64,000 nt of DNA from Perkinsus chesapeaki ATCC PRA-425 (lineage: Eukaryota > Protista > Perkinsozoa), in contig JAAPAO010000002.1 of assembly GCA_013115145.1 (NCBI GenBank), positions 62,001-126,000 on the forward strand. Direction: 5' to 3'. This document shows positions 54,374 through 64,000 of this stretch, one piece after another. The notes under the pieces are model-generated. The model was not told the DNA's origin, did not search any database, and saw only the letters and a list, made by a program, of their open reading frames with translations. The translations under genes were made by a program, and so were the position numbers. The first letter of the stretch is position 1; every line of letters starts with the position of its first letter.

Positions 54374-55888
54374 ATGAATCACACATGTGCTATCTTGTCG
54401 GTCGGTGCTTCGCTATTCGGGGCCCTTCTATTTGGGCTCGCTCTTGGCTTCTCTGGGCCTGCTATTGATACCATGAAAGATACGGTAACAACAACGGATG
54501 GAAGGCATATTGAAATAGGTGCAGACTCTTCTCTCTTTGTATTCCGTACTGAGACTGAGGCATCCCTCTTCGGGTCAATGGTGAATATTGGTGCCATTGT
54601 TGGCGCCCTTGGCGGCGGCCCGGTGAATGAGAAAGTTGGCCGTAAATGGAGCTTAATTGGAGCATCACCTCTATTCTTATTAGCTTTCCTCTGGATTGGC
54701 CTTGCGAGGACTGCATGGCAACTCATCGTTGCCCGCGTTGTCACTGGTATAGCGCTGGGAATGACTTCGTTCAGTGTCCCAACATATATCGGCGAAGTGT
54801 CGCCTACTAAGTATCGTGGTTTGCTGGGTGCCTGCAATCAGCTAGGTATCACCATTGGCATTCTTCTGGCATACGTTCTTGGGTTGGCATTCCGTTCTCA
54901 AGCTGGTTCCACCGACCCTAACGCCACATCCTCTACATTCTGCAACTGGCGCCTTCTAAGTTTCATTTACATCATACCTGCAGCCTTGCTTGGTATATGC
55001 ATGTTCTTTGCGCCCGAGTCTCCTCGTTGGCTCGCGGAGAAGTCCCGTACTGAAGAGGCTAAGGTCGTATTAAAGAGACTACGTGGTGTAGATGAAAGCG
55101 ACGAAGGCTTGAAGGGAGAGTTTGCGGCTCTAGACGCTATTCAGGCCAAGAAGGATGTCGCCGGCAAGGGCTCTATTAAGAAGACTCTTAAGGCCCTCAA
55201 CCACTGCAGAATACAGTTCTTCATAGGCATCATGCTTCAAGTGCTCCAGCAATTCTCTGGTATCAATGCAGTTATTTTCTACCAAACTTCGATCTTCCAG
55301 GCAGCTGGGGTCGAAAGCCGTGACGTTATATCACTGACTGTTATGGCCGTTCAAGTCATCGTAACATTTATTGCCGTTATGATTGTAGACCGCGCTGGGC
55401 GAAGGATTCTTCTTATATCCGCTGCTACTGGAATGTGCCTCAGTGCGGTTTGTGAAGGATTATTCTTTTACCTCAGAGATGTTTCTGGTAATGAGAATGT
55501 TGGATGGTTGGCCATCACAGCTGCGTACTGCTATATCGCATCATTCTCGCTTGGAGTTGGCGCTATTCCGTGGCTTATTATGGCTGAGCTTTTCCCAGAC
55601 GAAGTTAGAGGTTTGGCCTCCTCCCTGGCTACTATGGTTAATTGGTTGTGCTCTTTCCTTGTCACACAATTCTTGAATGACATCCGTGAGGCGATTACAT
55701 TCTATGGTGTCTTCTGGTTGTTCGCTGGGATATGTCTTATTATGGTCTTGTTCGTCATGTTCTTGGTGCCGGAGACTAAAGGACGAACTTTCGAAGAGAT
55801 CCAGGCATATTTCCAACGTAGGTATCGGATGGGTAGTAGTCCTGATACTCCTGCTCAACCATCTGGCTCTGTCTCACCGTCCAAGTGA
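54374..55888 (+). CDS. MFS sugar porter (hexose transporter, GLUT8/ERD6-like); intronless
   Basis: VGRKWSL, YIGEVSPTKYRG, PESPRWL, QQFSGINAVIFY, DRAGRRILL, GAIPWLIMAELFP, VPETKGRTFEEI. First ATG at 54374. Confidence 0.95.
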   Translation: MNHTCAILSVGASLFGALLFGLALGFSGPAIDTMKDTVTTTDGRHIEIGADSSLFVFRTETEASLFGSMVNIGAIVGALGGGPVNEKVGRKWSLIGASPLFLLAFLWIGLARTAWQLIVARVVTGIALGMTSFSVPTYIGEVSPTKYRGLLGACNQLGITIGILLAYVLGLAFRSQAGSTDPNATSSTFCNWRLLSFIYIIPAALLGICMFFAPESPRWLAEKSRTEEAKVVLKRLRGVDESDEGLKGEFAALDAIQAKKDVAGKGSIKKTLKALNHCRIQFFIGIMLQVLQQFSGINAVIFYQTSIFQAAGVESRDVISLTVMAVQVIVTFIAVMIVDRAGRRILLISAATGMCLSAVCEGLFFYLRDVSGNENVGWLAITAAYCYIASFSLGVGAIPWLIMAELFPDEVRGLASSLATMVNWLCSFLVTQFLNDIREAITFYGVFWLFAGICLIMVLFVMFLVPETKGRTFEEIQAYFQRRYRMGSSPDTPAQPSGSVSPSK

Positions 55889-57018
55889 TCACCTATTGCG
55901 TGAACCTATTCAGCTTCTATGGAATGCTGAATGACTTTTTGCCCATCGGTCTTACTGACCTTAATGGTGGGATATCCTGCTCTTTGTAGTGGGGCTGAAC
56001 TATTATCGTTCTCATCACTATTACTATTGACAGCACCGTTATGAATACATTAAAACCTAAACCTGCTAGTCTCAGTCGTATGTTAGAATCTTTACTTTTT
56101 TTCTTCTGAGGTTATCAAATAAGTAATGAGCACTTGGTATCCGAATGCTGAGAACTGTGACAGCTCTCTATAGCCCGTACGAGGACTATTGTAATTGGGC
56201 TAGTTATAGCTGTAATGCTAAGTCAGCATGGATACTATGACAGTGCTCCACTAGTCAATCCATCTTGTAGAATGTTCGGAAGATCTTAAGATCTTTTGTC
56301 ATCTCCTCGACAACTAGGATTGTCCAATATAAGCTTCATTGTTGCGCTTATCAACAGTGAGCCGGCACAAGAGTTCAGTTTTCTTCTCTGCAGGTCGTAG
56401 CCAATCTAGTGAACTCCGACAAAGGCTTCTTGCGTAAAGTTGCGCTTCTCCGCTCCGGCATCATCAATGCGCTTCCTTATTGCTGGAAAGTCGACCGACT
56501 CTGAACGTACGAACTCCGAGATGCACTTCTAAAGCGGTTGAATACTCCATCAGGCACAAATTCTACCGCGCAGCTCATCAATTTGAATCGGCAACGATTA
56601 TGGCAAACAGTGTTGCATGTCCTGTCTGACGCGGAGAATAACTCTTCCATGTTTGGAATCAGATGTGCTGAAATCTTGCCTCATAGAGAATAGTAGGCGT
56701 TCGCTGATTTTTTCTCCTGGAGTTCTCCTTAACTTTAAGTTTCTGTCATTATAGATGTTTGCACTTTGTTGCAGTCAATTCACGCATAACCTTCCGAAGG
56801 TGATCTTCGCCGCATTCAGCAAGTACAATTTCGTGTAGCCGGGCCACACCATTCCGAACCATTTATGGTCAGTCTTCATCCTCCTGTATGACCTCTGTAT
56901 TGATCTTTTTAGTGGCGTATACTATATCCAGAGATGTTGGGTTCAGTTATTCAAACGGGTATCATCAAGAGTTCGTCGGCCTCTCTCCCGATAGTATCAA
57001 TTCATATCGTTCTGAGTG

Positions 57019-60000
57019 ATGAGAACTCACGATTTGTGGCACGACCGTGTCCCTGACAGAGAAAAATATGGCAACGTTGTCTGGTCCGTCGCGTATCGAC
57101 CAGACGGAGAGCAGGTGAAACATTCTTCAAGTACTCTCGGAGCCTACTACGTGCTGCTTCTTAGTTGATAGTCGCAGCAGGAAATCGCGTCCTTGTGTAT
57201 GATGCCAATGACGGGGACCTGGTCCATAGCTTAAAAGGGCATAGAGATACTGTTTACTGTGTCTCGTACTCTAAGCAAGGGCAGTAGGCATTATCTCACT
57301 CAGCGACTATCCATGCCGTAGTCGTCGCTTCTGTTCACTGTAGGAAATTCGCGTCGGGCGGTGCTGACAAACAAGTCATCATTTGGACCAGCAAAGGTGA
57401 AGGCATTCTGAAGTAATGCATAACCGAAGCCTAAAACCTACCTGTATCCACCATCTCTACGATCGACTTCATCCCCAGATATAATCATAACGATTCCATT
57501 CAATTCCTGGCTCACAATCCGGTCACGCAGCAGCTCGCAAGCGGTACTCACAACGACATAGGGATGTGGAGTCCGGAACAGAAGAGCGTGCAGAAGCATA
57601 AAGTTGCCTGAGCTAAGGCTCAACCTGTACTCGAATCTCTCTACAGGTACCCGCCAAAGTGTTGTGTATGTCTTGGACGTCCGATGGCCTTCATCTCGCT
57701 TTGGGATTATTTAACGGCTATGTGTCGATCAGAGACAAGTGCGTGATCCTCTTCATATGTTCTCACCCTTCGTAGCGATTAAGCTTGATGTGTGCAGGTT
57801 TTGTGCAGAGAAAGCTCGAATTGTTCGGTCTGAGCCAGTGTGGTGCTTAGCTTGGAACCCATCACCGTCCAAATCAGAATCGGCGGAAGTAAGATGTGTT
57901 GAGTGCTCGTCGTCTTACTAACCCAGGTGCTCGCCGTGGGTTGTTGGGACCAAACACTTGCCTTCTACAAGCTATCCGGGCAAGAGCTAGGCAAAGAACA
58001 CAAACTTGGTTTCGATCCTTGCTCGATGGCGTTCTTCCCTAGTGGAGAGTAACCGAGTCATGTATCCGCAGTTGATTGGTGGAACTTGCTTTCACCATCA
58101 GTTACTTCATTGTGGGCGGGTTCGATGGAAGGACCCAGCTTTGGACGAGGGACGGTGTGTTGCTCGGAGATGTGGATCACGTTGACTCCCCCGTGTGGGC
58201 TTTGGCGGTACTCAGTGCATTTTGAATTCTCCGCGATTCACTTCGGCGTCAGGTTAGACCAAAGGGTGTCTATGGCTTCGCGGTTGGGACCGATGACGGT
58301 GATGTGGCGACACATCAGATCACCTTTGCAACGGTATCCTATTCAAGCATAGTTCACGCACGTTCCTTGGCGAGGTCCACGGCCTTCACCAAGACCGCTA
58401 CGCATACAGAGATAATATGACGGACGTGGTTCTGCACCACTTGGTATCAGACGAAAAGGTCCGTCCATGCCTGTGTGTATAGTCCTGTATGGTCCTCCGG
58501 TATGCGGCGAAATTTTAACACTGATTAGGTTAGAATCCGTTGTAAAGATTATGTAAAGAAGATAGGCGTGTACCGGAACCGTTTAGTTGTTCAGCTGCCA
58601 GTAAAGGTAAGCCTGCGGCGGTTCACGCACAGGCTCTCGACTTCCTTGTCGATGTGGCGTGTTGTAGTATTGCTCAGGTGCTGGTCTACGAGGTATTGGG
58701 CGAGGACCCTTTGGATATGCGATACCAGCCTGTTGACAAAATCCGCCAAAGTTTCGAATGTTCGCTTCTCGTTGCGACTTCCAAACATTTCATATTGTGC
58801 CAAGACAAGAGACTGCAATTGTAGAGCCATCGGAGCGCATACTTCTATCAAAACCGTGAGGATAGATACTCGATCACTGGCACTCTTGAGAGAGAGTGGC
58901 ATCTCGAGAGTCTCATTCGCTACATTAAAGTTGCCGGAGGAGTCCCGGGGAAGGAGGGCATCCTTGTTGGCTTGAAAAACGGCCACGTACGAAGTCGCTG
59001 TGCGAAGAGATCTAGCAAATGAGAATCCAGGTTGTGAACATTTTCATCAACAACGCCTTCCCAACAACGCTAGTGAAGCAGTCGAGTCCTGTACGCTGCA
59101 TCGACCTCTCGTGTACTGCCAACTTCCCCAGCCATCTGATGCTGCGTTGTTGTCACAGGTGATCGGAAGAAACTCGCGATAGTGAATGAGAGTGCGACGC
59201 TGCTAGTCTATGACTTGGAAACGCATCAGCTGCTGTGAGCCGCAGCGTTCAAAGCTGGTAACTCACCTGTGAATGGCTCAGATATCAGGAGGCGAATGCC
59301 AACTCGGTTGCGTGGAACCAGGAATTTCCGGATATGGTGGCGTACTCAGGGAGCAACGTGCTTAGCATAAAGACCGGCAGCTTCCCGAGCTACCCACAGA
59401 AGCTTCAAGGCTTCGTAGGCTTGCTGAACAGGCGTCTTCGGTTGTCGCCGCACTCCAGGTCGTGGGCTTTAAAGGAAGCAAGATCTTTTGTCTCAACTTG
59501 TCATCGATGGACACAATAGAGATACCCCAGGGAGCATCGCTTTACCGGTAGCATGCCATCTGTAGCGAAGTCGAGGCACCCCACAAGGTACATGTCGGTC
59601 CGAAACTACTCCGCTGCATACACTGTAGCCTGCTTGGGTGTAACTGATGATGACTGGCGACACCTCGCTCTTCATGCTCTCAAGGATATGGTATTCGATG
59701 TTGCACGAAAGGCATTCATCAGAATACGTGATGTAGGGTGATAACTAAATATCCTTTTACACCGGAGTAAGCTGCTCAAAAGATACGATACGTTGATCTT
59801 CTCAACCGATTGCTCCTACAACTTACAGCTAATAATGGTATAGCAGTATCAGACACAACACTTCTAAGCATGCCAGGGTGATCAGTATATAACAGTATGC
59901 TGAGCGGAGATGCGCTATTAGTTTTCTGGAAGAACTTTCGAAAAGGGACTGGAGTGACGAAGACCGGGCTTTGGTAGCCGCGCACGCTCTAGCATTTGAA

Positions 60001-62616
60001 GGGCGGTTTAATGAGGTCGGTGAGATGCTGGTCTCCGGGTATAATCTGCAATTGCAGGCTGCCGTATTATTCGGTCGTGCCAAGCAATATCACCTTGCGA
60101 CGGAGATGTTTACGGACCTTAAGCGTTGGGAGGACGCTAAAAAGTGGGCGGATTTGAACGAGAAAGCTATACAAAATGGCGAGGTGAGCTAAAGCATCCG
60201 GCTGTCTGCTGTAGCACTCTTCCAATCGACGTTCATAGATCAAGGCTTCACGACCCGACGAATCTAAAGTACCGCAAGAAGAGCTTGATAAAGAGAATTC
60301 ACCTACTGAAGATAGCCCTGCAAACCAAACACAACCTGTGGTATGTACGTGTTACGACTGAGTGGCTTATGAAACGCGTCAGGCATCTTCTACCACTATG
60401 GGGCTGATGATTAAGCAGGCTGAGTCCAGCGAAGAAGATGGAGATTTGCGTGCAGCGGCTGATATGTAACATCAAAGGTATGGTTAATGGTCATCTGTAC
60501 TTGAACAGGTACCTCCGCGTAGGACAAACTGAGCGAGCTGCTGCGATCTACATGCGCATCGGGGCACTAGACCCTCTTATCGAAATTGTGCGCTCGTGCG
60601 ATCCAGATAATGAGCGAGACGAAAGTATTATGATACAAGCGGCTGCCTGCTTCGTGAGGAAAAGGGCATTATTGAATCCTTCATGTTATCTTCCGGACAG
60701 ATAAAGCATGACCATTACATGTTTGCCAAAGAAGCGTTGACCAGGGCTGGTGACTATGAAAGTCTTGTTCGCCTTCACGTGAACGAGAACAGGTAAGCTA
60801 GGTTGTACTTGTGTAGAGGCAGAGAATGCACCTAGATGGGAGGAAGCCTTTCAACTGGCACGCGAGCACCCCGACCTTGCTGAAGAGATTTATTTACCAT
60901 GGGCTAACTGGCTCGTTAGTAACGACAGGTAAGTACGCTTTTGTGGAACTTACCACTTTCGAACTGAGGTACGAGGAAGCGCAGGAAGCTTTCCAGAAAG
61001 CCGGTCGTTCTGATTTGAGCTCCAGCATGTTACGTCAATTGATCGACTTGTCGGCGGAACAAAAGTTGTACAAGCAGGCTGGCATGTAAGGTGACATCTG
61101 CCGTTTTCCTGTATTGCATGTATCTCTATAGATATGCGTGGAAGAGAGCTCGAAACGCAGCTTTGAATGATAGCGTGGATGAGAGTGTACCTTACCGTGT
61201 GCAGTCTGACATGTGGGAAGCCGATTCTAATTTAGTGGCAACTCTTATCTGTCAGATACTTGGCCTATGCTGACGTGGTTTCTCATATAGAAGGTCCCCT
61301 TGTACTTACACCAATAGATCAGACCATGAACGCATGCGTTTTTATCATAAATACGGCGAGTCAAATAGAAGAGCTGCCGTTGGGGGTGAAGCGCTCCAAC
61401 GTGTAGCAAATCCTCCGCACCTTGCCATCGAAACGTGTACTTGTCGTCAGACTGTACGTTCTAGCAGATATTGCAATCCAGCTGCAATGCTTCAAAATCG
61501 CTCGTAAGGAAGACGCACTTCTCGAGATCCCTCATGTTCGAGTCATTTCAGGCGCAGCATACGACCGCCTGCAGGCGGTCAAGTTACCACGACAGCTGCT
61601 AGTGAAGGCACAATATGCTGTGCGCCTTATCGGCTTTGATGACCCTACGGCTCCCTGTTTCAGGCGCTCAAAGCTCGAGCAGCGTCGCTCGTTGACAACG
61701 AAGACTTTTCACACATATGTGGACGTTGTGGTTCGACGTTACCATTTCTAGCGACCTTTAATGGTAAGCCTCTGGGCATCAATGAATCTCTCGAAACAAT
61801 CCATAGGCTCTTCCTCCACGGAAGTAATCGAGCCTGAGCACTGCGCCAACTGTCTTCACCCCATGGTGAGATACAGTTTAAGCTTGAGTCTCGCCTATCA
61901 TACCAAGTCGCATTTTTTTACTGTATATAGATACGGTCGTCTATTGGATGGGAGCCACTCCCGCTGCTCGAGTTTGTAAGCAGTATCTCAGCATTCATCC
62001 ACTCTAGCTTGACGCCAGGTGGCTGCCGACGAGTCGCTCAGTGTTGACGACGTGATTAGTCTTGTTGAGTCTGAGCCTCGCTATTCGGCCGCGTTGAAAA
62101 CAAACGAACCCTCCCGTGGCAAAGAGTCCCGTAGAGTTCCGCTGGTGGGTCACGTAAATCAGAACTCCTTTCAGGTGATCAAAACGCTGACAGATTAGAC
62201 CTCGACGACGAGGGTGAAGAAGGTTCCCCGGTGTACGATGTCGACTCGGAGTTACTAAGGACCATTGTCGGTGGCTAACCTTAACTCTCTAATCAACTTC
62301 GATTGTAGGTGAATAGCGTTCGTAAACTCGTCCCTGGAGAACCCTACGAACCCACTCGCATTCCCTCGGAGATCTTGCGTGAGCTTCGCCCCGAGGAAAT
62401 TCTCGTTATTGATCAACAACGGAACGGGATGGGAGTCAGGTGAAAAGATGACCAGCTTTAATTATAGAGATTCTCTCATATAGATTCTACAAGAACATGA
62501 TGCCCGAGCTCCCCATATCAGCCTGCTGCATATGTGGCAGATTCTTCAAGCTGGTTTGCCTCGAGGAGGCAGGATTTTCTGGCAGAGGCGGCTGCCCATG
62601 CTGTGGTGAGAGTTGA
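57019..62616 (+). CDS. IFT122: Intraflagellar transport protein 122 (IFT-A; WD40 + TPR-like + C-terminal Cys motifs); many exons
   Basis: [73 protein letters not shown]; [15 protein letters not shown]; NSVAWN; YLPWANWL; [11 protein letters not shown]; C-terminal [21 protein letters not shown]. Confidence 0.93.
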
Positions 62617-63211
62617 TGAACAATGCTCAAGACGAGTTATGTATGGTGATCAGTTCTCGGTCCTGGAGACATGGCCAGTCATGGAGCATAAAATCTGTCG
62701 ATTATTTCGGATTGGCAATTTGCTGTTGTGTACACTCAGTGGTCAAAAAGGTATAAAGAGTCACTAGTTTTAACGCAAGTGTCAATGTGTCATGATCGCG
62801 AATGTGTCATTAAATTATTGCAACGCAACTTTCGGTGGATTCAAGTTCCAATACGCATTTGGATGACAAAGCATGATTAACATAAATGGAAGAAAGTTAC
62901 GAAGTAAATGACGGAAGAATTTGCGAGAAAATACGCTTGTGGGAATGAGACACGACACTCACAGCTTCAGAGGCCGAGCATGAGATGCGACTCAGTATGT
63001 GATTTTCAATATTGGATGGAAGTCCGGCTAACTCGCCAAGCCAACGGCGCAAGTTTTCAAAAGCTGGTTCAACTGTCGTTCCGCTATAAGGGAAAGCCGA
63101 GGTCCACAGGAAGTACTTTCCCGAGTAAGCTCGATACCTGCAAATCAGAATCCTTGGGCATTGGATAGAACTAACCCGATTATCACCGCAGTAAGAAGGC
63201 ATTATTAATGA

Positions 63212-63688
63212 TTGGAAAGTCAAAACGATCCACGAAAATGGACGGCCCCTGAATTGGGAAATGAAAGATTCAGAGGGATGGATAGTCTCACTCCGCTCAG
63301 TCGTTTGCGTTCAGCTGATATCATCCTGTTCCATAGATCTGCCAGCTCAGTCAGCGGTGTGGTATCTGAAAAATTGCTGAGTCTACGCAGAAGGTCAGAA
63401 AGGCCGACGCTCACCTCTGCTGAGAGCATGATTTATAATTGCGTGGTATTGCTCCATGCGCTGGATAAAGCTCGAAGCGTCGGACGGGGTAAACGTAGGC
63501 TACCCGGGAAGATCGTTTTATCAGCAATAGCAACGCGGCGCACCACTGGCCCACCTTCGCGGTTCTTCCAGCGAACTCTGAGAAACCTTGTACAGCTCGT
63601 AAACCAACCCAGTCTGCTAGGGCCTCCTCGAGTTCATATGGGATTTTTATACGAGCCTCACGGAGATGAACCTGTGGAGCTCAGTTGA
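63212..63688 (+). other. Unassigned 158-aa ORF
   Basis: ATG-initiated ORF with no recognisable domain; coding status unclear. Confidence 0.2.
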
Positions 63689-64000
63689 AATACTAGCGCT
63701 AGAGTACTTTCTACATGAAGCGCCTCATGCGCGACAACGAAAACGATCGCTGGGTCTTCATACCTACGAGAGACAATGCTTTAATCACTCCAGCTACGCT
63801 CTATCAACGTACTGTAACAGTCGTTGAGTGATTCTCGCGGAGCGGTTAGCCGCTGTCCTGTAAACGAACGTGTCAAACCTCTTCGCCTTCCATTTCCCCT
63901 CGGCAGCTTCAACGGCTGCTGTGCTATAGCCAAACCCCCTGTATCTGAATTACGGTGAGAATATACCCCATCCGAAGCATTCGATGACTGCTACGGTCTC

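Noticed and set aside
56100-56950. Possible small multi-exon gene
   Set aside because: Coding-like fragments and intron-like motifs occur on both strands, and I could not build a consistent model, so it is not listed as a feature.
63212-63688. KWTAPE resembles the tyrosine-kinase subdomain VIII motif
   Set aside because: No HRD, DFG or Gly-loop motifs nearby in any frame; treated as coincidence.

Overview
Gene-dense eukaryotic DNA with many short (about 35-55 nt) GT-AG introns, intergenic gaps mostly of a few hundred bp, and the standard genetic code. The short introns, a flagellar IFT122 gene, GKGKG-type tails and a single-domain 6TM channel suggest a Perkinsus-like alveolate (inference, not confirmed). 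I assembled about 22 gene models by hand: M28 peptidase, SR140/U2SURP-like, EF-hand protein, RRM protein, mitochondrial carrier, a protein with at least six PHAX-like RNA-binding repeats, ankyrin-TKL kinase, KNL2/M18BP1-like (SANTA-Tudor-SANT), double-PHD protein, DUF4470-MYND, choline dehydrogenase, FetB/YbbM permease, zf-UBP-sirtuin with a tandem zinc-module tail, TM9SF, a voltage-gated channel, DDX5/DBP2, ankyrin-fused large glutamate dehydrogenase, a sugar transporter and IFT122. From 14 kb onward the genes sit in long same-strand blocks (+ 14.2-22.8 kb, - 23.1-40.3 kb, + 40.7-62.6 kb). I saw no tRNA, rRNA, CRISPR array or intact mobile element. The most unusual items are the multi-PHAX-repeat protein, the sirtuin fusion and the KNL2-like gene. 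Exon boundaries and family calls come from reading the sequence by eye against remembered consensus motifs; no database searches were run.
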